Below, piece after piece: positions 50,254 through 63,380 of a stretch of 64,000 bases of DNA. Source of the stretch: Octopus sinensis (taxonomy: Eukaryota); assembly GCF_006345805.1 (NCBI RefSeq), contig NC_043001.1:34844001-34908000 (forward strand), read 5' to 3'. The notes beneath the pieces were generated by a model. The model was given only the letters and a program-made list of their open reading frames with translations. It made no database searches and was not told the origin of the DNA. Each line of letters opens with the position of its first letter. Positions within the stretch are counted from its first letter, which is position 1. The translations under genes were made by a program, and so were the position numbers.

Positions 50254-51089
50254 GTTATCTGAGAGCGAGGCGTCTTAAAACTAAAGACCTAAACTTAAAT
50301 CAGAGTAGACTCTGATAAATGTACCTGAGAGTTAGATAGTGGTATTAAGCCAGGCGAAGAATGAAATCGACCAACAGAGGGCCACTACTGGATCTGAACT
50401 TCGGAGACAAAAATTTGGAGTTGACGCAAAACATTTTCATCCACTGCTAAAACCACCATCGTATCATGTAACTTTAGTTAAAATGTATTGGCCAAAGAAA
50501 TAAAGTGTAAGTATATTCACATGTTGGGAGAGGAACAAAACAAAGAAAAAACCCTGCAAAATAATGATATTATGTAGAAAATAGCAAAGTCCATAACAAA
50601 ATTCGAACTGGTCACACCCGAATTGACAATTGGATACATCAACAAAATATGGTAGCCATCGACCCCACAGACACTCTTACTACACTGCTTATAAATAGCC
50701 ACAATTTCATGTATAGTTTTCAGTTGAATATACTTATTACATACATATACTTACTGGCAGATGTTCACGTTCTCACAATCGATATATAAAAGTAGACGCA
50801 AATACAACGTAAATACAATACTATTAATACTATTACCAAATGTTTCCTTTACTTTCATTATCGTCGAAATATGCATGTATGTGAATATGAATATATATAT
50901 ATATATGTATACACAAACACATGCACACACACACACACACATGCAAAAAGCTCACGCACACAGACACACATTCATATTTATACACATGTATAAATATGTA
51001 TATTTATACAAATATACATAAATATATACACATATACATACATACACATATATACACACGCATATGTATATATAATTATATATATATAT

Positions 51090-51134
<45 letters not shown>

Positions 51135-51249
51135 TTAATAGATTAATAGATAGATAGATAGATAGATAGATTGATTGATTAATTGATTGATTGATAGAGA
51201 GATAGATTAATAAATTAATAGATAGATAGATTGATAGATAGATATATTA

Positions 51250-51280
<31 letters not shown>

Positions 51281-51304
51281 CATACATACATAGATAGATA
51301 GATC

Positions 51305-51381
<77 letters not shown>

Positions 51382-51410
51382 ATAGATAGACAGATAGATT
51401 GATAGATACA
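51090..51410. repeat. (GATA)n-dominated compound microsatellite
   Basis: Direct tandem runs. Confidence 0.9.
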
Positions 51411-52524
51411 AACGTGCCACTCATATGTATGTATTTATGTATTTCTATGGCGTATTAGAATGATTAAAAAACTATTATAATGGTACATTAAAATGTGAAC
51501 GAAGGAATCTGTAATGTAAAACCGACAAAAATATTTTTTCAAAAAGTAACGATAATGGAAGTAGTTCCTGAGGTAGGTTTGTAATAGTATAACTGAAAAC
51601 ATTTATATACATGGAAGCCTGCGCATACATAAAAGCATTTAACAATATAAAGAGATACGTATAAGCGTATATTCACACGTAAAATTAGACATAAACGTAT
51701 ATATTCAGATACACGGACACACAGACACACATACATTCATAACTACGTTCGCATTAATATGTGTACATATTCAAACATACAGATGATTTCGTATAGAACA
51801 TGTTTAAGAATACAAACGCATCTTCATACACATATATATGCATAATACATACATACATACATACATACATACATACATACATACATACATACATACATGC
51901 GAGTTTGTGTGTGTATTCGTCCGCGTGAGTAGATGGATGACTATTTTGAAGTGTGTATGTAAACACACACATGCACATGCGCATACGCCATTGTAATTTT
52001 CTTTAATCATGTTTCCTTTTGTTATAGGAAAACATCAAAGGATTGTTTCGGTGTCCCGAGTTTTTGTGTGTTCAATAATATTACATTACTTATATTGTTA
52101 CAATTTATGTGCTTTCATTTTACATAAAAAAAGTAAATTGAATATATGCAAATATATTTAATATTGCTTATGATGTGTGTGTATTCACATAGATAAAGTA
52201 TGCAGTTACGCATACGCAAACATACACGACCACACAATTGTTGAGAGCACACAAGTACAGAACCTGATGGAGAAAATAACACTGGAATGGTAAAGGTAGG
52301 CCTAAGCATTGAGAGGTATATTGAAGCTGAGAAACTTACCAAAGTTTTATCGAGGGTTTCACGCAACCGATATTCAGACTTCTGTCTGAAGATCCGTTAC
52401 ATGAAAGGCAGCGGAATATTTTGTGAAAAATTCCAATGAGAAAATTTCTCTTTTTATGTATATATGTATATATGAACATATGTATATGTATACATACACA
52501 CAGACACACATGCACACACACACA

Positions 52525-52570
<46 letters not shown>

Positions 52571-52595
52571 TTAAATATATATATATATAATCTTT

Positions 52596-53146
52596 AAATT
52601 CTTAAAAATGTTTCAGCCCGAAAGCTGCGGCCATGCTGGGGCACCACCGTTGAATGAGCTACGCTAGTATGTGAAACCACCTCCGATACGTGGCACTTGG
52701 TCAACAAGGGTGTTCGACGCCGCTGCCGCATCTGTGTTTCCTGTTTAGTTTTAAAGAAACCCACATCCACACCATGCAGGTCTCTCAGGCATTTAGGAAG
52801 AATATTGAAGAGCTGTGGTCCTCTGAAATCCAAGATGTTACAGTATCTGGTCCTATATTTTGATGGTGATGTTGGGATCTTTGGCACCATGCAGTGGCGC
52901 CCCGTTCTGCTGTTGGGGTAACTTTCAATACCAAAATTCGGGACAAGACCCTCCAGGATTTTTCAGATGTATATCACTGCATATCTCTTCCGACTTCGCT
53001 CCAGGGAGAAGAGTTTTGATACTTTCCGTCTTTCTCAGTAGCTGATATGTTGCATTGAGACGATCTTAGTGTAGCTTCGTTGGATTGCTTCGAGTTCTGC
53101 TGTTAACTTTATATTGTGTGGTGACCATAGTTAGGAGCAGTGGTAC
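52596..53146 (-). mobile_element. 5'-truncated 3' end of a CR1-group LINE with its tail
   Basis: ELEAIQRSY..RTGRHCMVPKIP..RYCNILDFRGPQLFNILPKCLRDLHGVDV; tail GGTGGTGCCCCAGCATGGCCGCAGCTTTCGGGCTGAAAC. Confidence 0.9.
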
Positions 53147-53912
53147 ATATATATATATATGTATGAATGTATGTATGTATACGTATATACACTCACTCCA
53201 CTATTGTGTCTTCCGCAAGAAAGAAACGATAGTGGAGTAAGTGTACCCATGGGAGCCTGAGTGTGTGTTTGTGTTCGTGTCAGCATTTGGTTACCGGTGT
53301 AAGTTTGTTTATGTTCTCGTATTTTATCGGTTCGTAAAACGTGAAAGCTATAGAATTAATACCAGACCAGTAAAGCGTGAGGTCGATGTTAGGTCATTTA
53401 ATCAGTTAAGACCTTTGAAGGCGGATCGCTCAGTATGACCGCATCCAATGACTTACACAAATAAAAGAATAAATAAATATATACAGACATACATTATGTT
53501 TGCTACGTTTAGGCATTCCATGTTCCAGAATATTTCATAATGTTTAATACTCAGTTAAACTACTTTAATATGTTATCACTTTCGACACTTATTTTTACAT
53601 CGTAATTTTACTTATTGCACATTGCTAAACCATTTAATCAAATGTTTCCCTGGCGACACGAGTAGACGGCCGGAAATTAAATTCACTAAAGGTGGTTATT
53701 TCCCTTTATAACTGACGTTAGCATCGCATGATAGGAATACTGCTCTCTTAAATTATTGTCTTTACGACTTTGATACACTGTATGTCTTAGTGTTCATATA
53801 TAGCCATACATACAATTGTACATACGTATGTTCGTATGTACCAACGTACATACATACGTACGTAAGAATGCATGTATATATATGTCAGTATGTGTGTATG
53901 TATGTAAGTATG

Positions 53913-53953
<41 letters not shown>

Positions 53954-54283
53954 ACATATATGACTATATATATATGTATATATATATATATATATATGTA
54001 TATATGTGTGTGTGTCTATGTATATATATATATATTTATACACATATATTTGTATATGCATGTATGTGCCTGCGCATGTGTGAGTGTATGCGTGTATGGA
54101 TGTATAATTTTCTGTTCTTATGGCTTTACTCTGGCTTACAATTTGTTTAAAAATAGTGCTGCTTCTTGAGTTTGACCAACCACACAAAAGTACGGAGTCA
54201 GTTATAGTTTCCAAATTTAACATGGGCGCATGCGTATCTCTCTGAGAAGAAACTTGGGCCTGGCTTCAATATCACTACATGGA

Positions 54284-54680
54284 AGGTGGTGAGCTGGCGG
54301 AAACGTTACCACGCCAGGCGAAATGCTTAGCGCTATTTCGTCTGCAGCTACGTTCTGAGTTCAAATTTCGCCGAGGTTGACTTTGCCTTTCATCCTTTCG
54401 GGGTCGATAAATTAAGTAGCAGTTACGCACTGGGGTCGATGTAATCGACTTAATCCTTCTGTCTGTCCGTGTTTGTCTTCTTTGTGTTTAGCTCCTTGTG
54501 GGTAGTAAAGAAATATGTATTTCGTCTGCCTCTACGTTCTGAGTTCAAATTCCGCCGAGATCGACTTTGCCTTTCATCCTTTCGGGGTCGATCAATTAAG
54601 TACCAATACGGTACTGGGGTCAATATAATCGACTGGCCCTCTCCCCCAAAATTTCAGACATTGTGTCTCGAGTAGAAATG
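54284..54680 (+). mobile_element. SINE family B, two-module copy
   Basis: AAGGTGGTGAGCTGGCGGAAACGTTA head, two modules, linker and CCCCCAAAATTTCAGAC tail. Confidence 0.9.
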
Positions 54681-54715
54681 ATTTTGGCTAACCAACCAAA
54701 AGTCCAAATTCAACA

Positions 54716-55020
54716 TAGGCGCATGCGTGGTCGTGTGATAAGAAGTTTGTACCTGGTTTAAATATCACTACGTGGCCCCCTTGGACAAGTGTCTTCCAAT
54801 ACAGCCTCGGGCCCACCACAACCTTGTGAGTGTATTTGGTAGACGGAAAGAGAAATAAGCCCGTTGTACATGTATAATATGTGTGTATATTTCTGTGTCC
54901 TCTACCACCTCTTGTCGACTGGTATTAATGTGTTTATTTCCCCGTAACTTTGCGATAGAATAAACAACAGGCTTTAAAAAAGATAAATACTGTGGTTGAT
55001 CTGTTCTACCAAAGATTCTT
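54716..55020 (+). mobile_element. Degraded SINE family A-like copy
   Basis: GGCGCATGCGTGGTCGTGTGATAAG..CCTTGGACAAGTGTCTT..CCTTGTGAGTGTATTTGGTAGACGGAAA. Confidence 0.75.
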
Positions 55021-55088
55021 CAAGTAGGGGCCCCCGGATGGCCGTGATCTGAAGACAATAACAGGTAAAGGGAAATATTTTTCAGAAA

Positions 55089-55775
55089 ACGTTTAAGACA
55101 TTTGATATTCTTCTTCTTCTTCTTCTTCTTCTTTTTCTCTTCTTCTTCTCTTCTTCTTTTCTTCTTCTCTTCTTCTTCTTCTTCTTCTTCTTCTTCTTTC
55201 TTCTTCTTCTTCTTCTTTTCTTCTTCTTCTTCTTTCTTCCCTTCTTCGTCTTCCTTCTTCTCATTCTTCTTCTCTTTTTCTTCTTTTTCCTCCTCTCTTC
55301 CTCCTCCTCTGCTTTTCATCATCTTCTCCTTTTCTTCTTCTTCCGTCTCTTCTTCTTCTTCTTTTTCTTCTTCTCTTCTTTTTTCTTCTTTTTCCTCCTC
55401 CTCTTTTTCCTTCATCATCGTCTCCTTTTCTTCTTCTTCTTCTTCTTCTTCTTTTTCTTCTTTTTCCTCCTCCTCTTTTCTTCATCATCTTTCCTTTCTC
55501 TTCTTCTCTTCTTCTTCTTTTTCTTCTTTTTCCGCCTCCTCTTCCTCTCCTCTCTCTTCATCATTCTTCGCCTTTTCTTCTTCTTCTTCTTCTTTCGTCT
55601 CTTCTTCTTTTTCGTTTCTTTCTCTTCTTCTTCTTTTTCTTCTTCTTCCACCTCTTCCTCCTCCTCTCCTTCTTCTTCTTTTTCTCCTTCTTCCTCCGCT
55701 TCCTCCTCCTCCTCTTCTTCTTCTTCTTCTTCTTCTTCTTCTTCTTCTTCTTCTTCTCTTCTTCTTCTTCTACTT
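55089..55775. repeat. Degenerate (CTT)n/(CCT)n polypyrimidine tract
   Basis: About 680 bp of almost only C/T on +; gives the poly-E/K/R and poly-F/S ORFs. Confidence 0.95.
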
Positions 55776-56677
55776 CACCCTCGCTATCAGCCTCCTCATT
55801 TAACAACACTACAATCTATCGTATAAATTTTGATGCGCTATTAAAGGTGAACTAAATATATTCTCCTTTCATCTTCATATCCTTAAATATTTGATAAATG
55901 TGAAATAAAAACATCAGCTAACGTGTACACCAAAACAGAACAGTACAAAACTCTCTTCTCTCTCTGTCTTTCTCACCCTATCACATTCTCTCAGTCTGTC
56001 TGCCTCTCTTTCTCTCTTCATATATCCATATATAATATAAGACACACATACATAGACACATAACACACACGCCGCGCGGGTGCACGCACACACACACATA
56101 TCGGAAAAGACGCACAGTAAATTGCGACGCGCAAACAAAATTCGGCGTGAGTAGCGGGTTTCACACTCTACTCCAGTATAAAGCTAAATACGGCACGGGG
56201 CATCAAAATCTGAATAGGCTAGTGTGCGGAATATGTGCCACGTAGTAGAAATACCAATAATAAATCAAAAATAGGCGTGGTATTCACTGCTTTGTGCGAC
56301 AGTAAAATGCCGAATTGTATAATGCAAATAAGCACCTAACCTCATCAGTGTTCCGCAGTAATTACATCAATGAACGTTATAACTCCAAATATGTATGTAT
56401 AATGAACTCCTGCACTACACTTGACAAAACAGTAAGGAATGACTATGGATTTTTTTCTATTATACACCTTATAATATATTTTTCGCCTTTTCAAGAACAT
56501 GGATTCTATTGAATGTATATAGCATGGACTGTATTGAATTTATGTAACAATTATGAACTGTTCCATGATACTCTTTATTATAAAAAAAAATTTTTTTATA
56601 AGGTTTGTTATTTCAAGAAACGAAACATGTAAAATTAAAATTTATCTAATATAGTGGCATTTTCAAACTTCTTTTTT

Positions 56678-56708
<31 letters not shown>

Positions 56709-57087
56709 ATACAAAATGGGACAAGAACGCAAAACATCCAGATAGACGATGCAAAAAAAGAAGGACGGGTCATTCGAAGCTTTCTATCCTCAGTCAAGAA
56801 CCAGATCATCCTCGCAATTTCGGCTGATTATATATATATACCTGCAGCTCACTTATGATTTGTCAAACCATGTTTGATATGGCGATAATGCTGTTCATAA
56901 AGACACAATTAATTTTCAGAATGGACACTTTTCTATAGCAGTATGATAGACCGTGGCTCTGAGCCAGGAAATCCGGGCGTGGTGGTTCGAAACTCATCAT
57001 GAGTATCACTGCAAGTAGGACAAAATGAATATACTGTTTCCCTTGGCCGCTCGACAATTAAAGCTCGCATATGTCATGCATTTATTA

Positions 57088-57668
57088 TTTTCTGTTCTAG
57101 GCACAAGGCCTGAAATTTTGAGGGAGGTGGTCAGTTGATTTGATCGACCTACGTACGCAACGGGTACTTAATTTATCGATCCCGAAAGGATGAAAAGCAA
57201 TGTTGACCTCGGCGGAATTTCAACTCAGAAAGTATTGGCAGACGAAATACCTATTTCTTTACTACCCACAACGGGCTAAATACGGAGGGGACAAGCAAGG
57301 ACAGACAACCGGATTAAGTCGATTAAATCGACCTCAGTGCATAACTGGTACTTATTTAATCGACCCCGAAAGGATGAAAGGCAAACTCGACCTCGGCGGA
57401 ATTTGAACTCAGAACGTAACGGCAGACGAAATACCTATTTCTTTACTACCCACAAGGGGCTAAACACAGAAGGGACAAACAAAGGCAGACAACCGGATTA
57501 AGTTGATTATATCGACCCCAGTGCGTAACTGGTACTTATTTAATCGACCCCGAAAGGATGAAAGGCAAAGCCGACATCGGTGGAATTTGAACTCAGAACG
57601 TAACGGCAAACGAAATACCGCTAGACATTTCGCCCGGTGTGCTAATGTTTCTGCCAGCTCGCCGCCTT
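57088..57668 (-). mobile_element. SINE family B, three-module copy with a 17-bp TSD
   Basis: Three GAAAGGATGAAA modules with two linkers; flanks ATGTCATGCATTTATTA (57071-57087) and ATGTGATGCATATATTA (57669-57685). Confidence 0.9.
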
Positions 57669-58834
57669 ATGTGATGCATATATTACAACTAAAAGAACAC
57701 AGTTCTGTCGATTTGAACGTCAGATGGTCGATTAATGCATGAATATAAAACGGAAAACATCAGCCCAGCAATACTAAAACCAGTTCGCACACAACTAAAA
57801 TTGAAATTCTCTTTGTATAAGGCTTCAAATATTTTAGTCGAAGCAAATTTTTGTGAGTATAAAATATTTCGATCAACGTATGCTTGGATATAACTCTTGC
57901 GCCTGGAGTTACTTCAAAGGAGTCTACATGCCTCAAAACTTCGGAATTTTCTTGATGCTTGATGTCGTCCAAATTCCAATAACAATTTTGGTGTCTAATG
58001 AAGAATGCAGCTTTTTTCACTGCTGAGAAGTTCGAAGAAATAAAACGAAGAACGAAAAAACCATAAAGCAAAAATGGAAGTACACAAACACACACACACA
58101 CACGCGTACGCACGCTCACACACACACATACACACACACATAGATATATGAGTGTGTGTGTGTGTGTGTGTATGTGTGTGTGAGTGTTAGTGAGCGAACG
58201 ACTGGATGTTTGCTACGAAAATACAAGTCATAACACAAGACAGACACGCACATTCTCCTGAACAATACTACCCGAGAACACACTGCATTCACTTACACAA
58301 GCATACACAAATATGCATTAACACAAACAAGCAAAGCATAACACTCCTATAAAATCCAAAAGAGGCACACACATATAACCACACGCGGGAACTCACATTC
58401 ATACATAGAACTCTTAAAGAAAATAACAAACCTACAGCCTAAGGCACATGCACATATGCACATGATCACATACATACATACGGATGGACAAACAGGAACA
58501 AGTGCATATATACACACACATATTTTCTGAATTAGTTTGTGTACCATAAAGGCATTACAGTATTAGGCATGGTCAGAATTACTGTCCGCATTTATATTCC
58601 ATTTCACTCATTGACATTCGAAACGCGTACATTTGTTCCTTACGCATTTCCCACACTTTTCTCTTCACTCATTTTACTACTCTACGCCTTCGCCTTCTTT
58701 TACTTCACGCTTTATCTATCGACTGCATTTACCTGTCTCTTACTTTCTCCTCCATGCCATGTATATATATAATATATATATGAAAAAACAAGTCAAAAAT
58801 AGAAAATACTAAGATAATTTTATAGTGAATCTTT

Positions 58835-58872
58835 CAGTACCGGTTTCGGTCATTTTGAGACCTTTTCAACTG
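58835..58872 (-). ncRNA. Degenerate hammerhead-like motif
   Basis: Minus strand reads CAG-TTGAAAA-GGTC-tcaaaat-GACC-GAAAC-CG-GTA-CTG: a 3-bp stem I, a 4-bp stem II and a palindromic ACCGGT stem III with a GUA triplet; core box 1 has two substitutions. Confidence 0.45.
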
Positions 58873-59121
58873 TAACGATTAAATAATTAAATTTAGAAAA
58901 ATTAGAAAAAAAGTTTTTTTAAAAGAATATTTCTGTAGTAGTGTTCAGATATAAGTAGCATTCTGCCTTTCTCTGACCTTGTTTGCACTATATATATATA
59001 TATATTATATATATTAAAATATATATATTATATATATAGATATATAATATATATATATATAATACATTATATATCTATATACATATATATATACATATCT
59101 ATATATAAATACATATTATAC

Positions 59122-59194
<73 letters not shown>

Positions 59195-59227
59195 TACATA
59201 TTTTTTTCAGATGAGAAAAAAAAACAA

Positions 59228-59385
59228 GGCGCACGGGGGCTGTGTGGTAAGTAGCTGTTAACCGACCCGTGGTTCCCGGTTCAGTCCCACTGCGTGGCAC
59301 ATTGGGCAAGTGTCTTCTACTATAGCCTCGGGCCGACCAAAGCTTCTGAGTGAATTTGGTAGACGGAAACTGAAAGAAGCCTGTC

Positions 59386-59429
<44 letters not shown>

Positions 59430-59675
59430 ATATATATTATATATATGTATGTACGTATGTGTATGTGTTTGTGTGTCTGTGTTTGTCATCCGAGCATTGC
59501 TTGACAACTGATGCTGGTGTGTTATGTCCCCGTTACTAGCAGTTCGGCAAAAGAGACCGATAGAATAAGTACGAGCTTACAAAGAATAAGTCCCGGGTCG
59601 AGTTGCTCGATTAAAGGCGGTGCTCCGGCATGGCCGCAGTCAAATGACTGAAACAAGTAAAAGAGTAAAGAGTAA
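59228..59675 (+). mobile_element. SINE family A, full length
   Basis: Head, CORE-like centre, internal (TA)n and tail GGCGGTGCTCCGGCATGGCCGCAGTCAAATGACTGAAACAAG. Confidence 0.92.
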
Positions 59676-60221
59676 GGCTGTGAAAATTTTAGAACTTTTA
59701 TAAATAGGTATTACAGTTGTTTCCAGGATATTTATTATATCCCATCATCGCAGACGGTATGAGAAAATGGTTAAGCAATAGTTAATCTAGATGAGATACG
59801 AAATAGAGAGTGATGAGGAGGAATGAAAATAGGTGTGAGATATGCAGAGATATTGCATTTGTAGATCCATTATTTAGGCAGAATGGTATACATATAAGAT
59901 TCCAAAAACTTGTGAGTAAAATCCAATAGTATTTAAAATTGGTCATTCCAAGTATAGAGTTTGTACACAGCGCTATTGAATCAAGGGTTTTATTTAATGT
60001 GACCTAAAAGTAGGGAATGTATTTGTAAGGTCAAATCGAAAGCAGGAAGAGAGGAATTCTGAAAAAAAAAATTATATATACACACGCTAATATATGACCT
60101 ACGTTGGACTCCTTATTCTCATAATCACCGAAACTGGAGCCTGACTATGATCTATCCATAGCAGTTACTCAGCATTAGCTGACACCTTTGGGTCTTACTG
60201 ATACCATTACCTCTTATAACC

Positions 60222-60255
<34 letters not shown>

Positions 60256-60354
60256 CATATACTATTGTGTAATATATATATATATATATATAATATATAT
60301 TATATATACACAAATTATATATGTAATATATGTATATATGTATGTATATATCTC

Positions 60355-60481
60355 TCTATATATAAAACTGAGAATGTGTGTCTGTTTGTCTGTCTGTCTG
60401 TGTGTTTCCCTAAAACCTGAGAACTACACAACCAATCTCATTCAAATTACACATGCCTTACTTAGAGTCCAGGGAGTGTCA
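60355..60481 (+). mobile_element. Possible 5' end of a non-autonomous Helitron/DINE-like element, cut by the assembly gap
   Basis: TCTATATATAAAACTGAG followed by (GTCT)n and AACCAATCTCATTCAAATT, a layout I recognise from non-autonomous Helitron-type repeats; the 3' hairpin is not visible. Confidence 0.45.
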
Positions 60482-60581
60482 NNNNNNNNNNNNNNNNNNN
60501 NNNNNNNNNNNNNNNNNNNNNNNNNNNNNNNNNNNNNNNNNNNNNNNNNNNNNNNNNNNNNNNNNNNNNNNNNNNNNNNNN
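60482..60581. other. Assembly gap (100 N)
   Basis: A run of exactly 100 N, the usual placeholder for a gap of unknown size. Confidence 0.98.
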
Positions 60582-61444
60582 ATACAATATATATATATAT
60601 CATATATATATATAAGTATATATATAATATATATATATATGTCCTCGCATGCTGTGTTATTTTGTGTTTTCTTGTTTGGATTAACTATATATATATATAT
60701 ATGCATATATATATAGATATATATATACATATATGTATGTATATGTATATGCACACACTATAGGAACTCTTACACAGGTGTGTATTTTTGCGTCGGCGCG
60801 CGTATATGCATGTCTGTGATGTGTTTTATATATGTATATATGTATGTATGTATATGTATGTATATATATATCCGTGTGTACTTGTACAGGTGCTCGTCGG
60901 TTTGAATTTATATTCTTAAAAGTGGCGTGCGCATTTAACACACCTGTGTACCGCAATACACATTATCTGAATGTCTGTGAGCACTAGTGTTGTCACGAAG
61001 ACACACGGATACACTCACAACCTACACTCATACGCATATACCTATTATATATATATATATATGTGTGTGCATGGCTGTACGCATCTCTCCATTTCTTCTT
61101 GTTATTATATATATATATGAAATCTTGTGTGTATACCGGTTGCTTGTGTGCAACAGTGTCTGTGCTTGCGTATGTGGTTATGTGGTGTGTAAGATCGCTA
61201 TATATCGTATTGTTTCTATTTCTTCAAAGAACCAATTCCTGATAGCGCTATGTACTTGAGACTTGCTACTCTTGCAAGCCGGAAGCATCTTTTACGTCTC
61301 TTTGATCAATCTATCATCACATGACAGTTTTCGGAGAATCTTAGCTTTTCCTTCTTTCGCCTTTTGGCAGTTTCTTTTAAAGTTTACTCATTGCTAAAGA
61401 TTTCTTTTATCGATCTCTTTAGAAGTACTATTGAGATGTAACGG

Positions 61445-61493
61445 CAATAATAATAATAATGATGATGATAAAGTAATAATAATAATAATAATA

Positions 61494-61556
<63 letters not shown>

Positions 61557-61562
61557 AATACA

Positions 61563-61595
<33 letters not shown>

Positions 61596-61600
61596 ATGCA
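61445..61600. repeat. (AAT)n/(GAT)n/(AGT)n compound trinucleotide repeat
   Basis: Direct tandem runs. Confidence 0.92.
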
Positions 61601-63380
61601 GCAGCAGAAACGGCAAGAGTAGTAGAGTAAAGATAGATATCATTGACCAAAATAAAGTGTTTCAATCTTTGGAAGCCTTAGAAGATAGCATTTCAGTGGA
61701 AAATGTTAAAAATAAAGAAATATGCATTTGTGCTACAAGGAATAACTATATTTGAAATAATATTTTTACTCAAAGAATTTCAGTTTTAAACCTTATCATA
61801 TCAAATTAGATTGAATTGTCGAATTCTTATGAAAAATTAATTCGTTAGTTGTTCTTTATAGGGGGAGATCAAAGAGAAATCCAAGGAAACCCCAACTGGA
61901 AGCTGCGTTGATACGATAATGGATGCTTTTGTCGTAGTAGTTTCTGCTATTGATGTGTTCGTTGTTTTTTGTTATTTAGTCCCAAATCATCTTTGATTGA
62001 TCAGGTTTATCTATTAAACCTTTTAAACTCTAAAAATCCACATCCGTCCTTTCTTCGCACGCAGTGTTTATATGACTACAGTTTTTCAAAGTTTTTTCCT
62101 GTGGTAAAATCAGGCGATCAAAATTTGAATTGAGGGAGATATTACTACCATTTCTTGTGAGCCAAGCAATAACGTAAAAGCCACCTCTGATGGAAATCGC
62201 TGAATATGACATTTTCAGTATATGTTTTTGGCTCATTAATTTCTGACACCTGATCGAGAAAAGCATCTTTCTCATAACCAAATAAAAAATATATTGCGAA
62301 TGGTATTTCGCTCTAGATTATTGTAATTCTTTGAGTACAACCTATTTGTGATCTAAGTTGTTCAACGGGCGCTGAACCTTAGTGAAACCAAAAGGGCTAG
62401 GAACAGGATCTGTGGCACATATGATTTCTAGGGACCACTGAGACCAGAATCCGTACCGCAAACTCAAATTACTAGGATCTTTACCATGGAGGCTACACCT
62501 ATATTATTTAGCTCCAGGCTTTCAAAAACTAGAACTAAGGTGAACAATCTTCCAGTCGGGATCATCCAGTTCTTTTGGGTATCCATAACGATGTTTTCCA
62601 CATTATATTTTTCGGGTGTATGGTGTCATTTGAATAGCATTCAGCTACTATTTCCAGCCAATCCAGTGACTGTGTAGATGGTTCTATTTATATATATATG
62701 TTGTAAATAAAACATTTATTTTTTTTAGATGCTGCTGTAGGCTCATGAACAGACTGTTATGTATGCGTGCGCGTGTCTTAAGAACAATTGAGACGAAAAT
62801 GAAGTCAAGATGGCTTCAAGTAAGATTACAATTAAAGTTACTGTTTCTACTTAGCATGTATTTATCTCTTGGTAAACGGGATTTCAATACAAAGAGCTGT
62901 AATGAAGATTCCTTATGTTTTAAGCAATTTGACTACATATCCCTTGGAGTAAAGTGTAGTCTATTGAATCAAGCATCTATTATGTTGTCGAACCAGAAGT
63001 CTGAATAAGAGGAAGTTGAATATCACAGAATTTGTACTCAATCGAACGACAAACAATCATCTCCGACAAAACACTACCGCTTCAGATATATAAACAGAAA
63101 AGAATAGTTCCCTTGCTGCTAAGGAGAAAAGTGCACGGACGATCTATTCTATCTAATATCACAAAATATATAATTTGTGCAGATATCGAGAGGTCTCTAT
63201 TAACTCAGTAAGATTACGACGACACAAGGCTACATAATATATATTGATGATTTTTAACCCCTGATCAGCTCTACTTGAGCAGACTTGTTACCAAAGGGAT
63301 TCCATCTGAGGCACGTTCTCAAGCCGAATGTACTCTTGTTTATATTTTTTTTGTATCGTCTGTATATTTTAAAGACAAAT

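Noticed and set aside
54219-54777. Apparent ~60-bp direct repeat flanking the SINE B at 54284
   Set aside because: The copies are too long and diverged for a TSD; both look like decayed SINE A-type heads.
55020-55809. Poly-E/K/R and poly-F/S ORFs up to 233 aa
   Set aside because: They are stop-free frames of a CTT/CCT tract, with no splice context or complexity suggesting a real protein.
56760-56830. Repeat shared with 23805-23875 containing CTGAGGA/CTGAAGA..GAAT
   Set aside because: It is a real dispersed repeat fragment, but it has no canonical GAAA box with a pairable stem II, so it was not called a ribozyme.
62300-62680. Higher-complexity unique region; also 1-480 and 18050-18530
   Set aside because: All frames I examined have stops or unrecognisable peptides, with no consistent splice signals.
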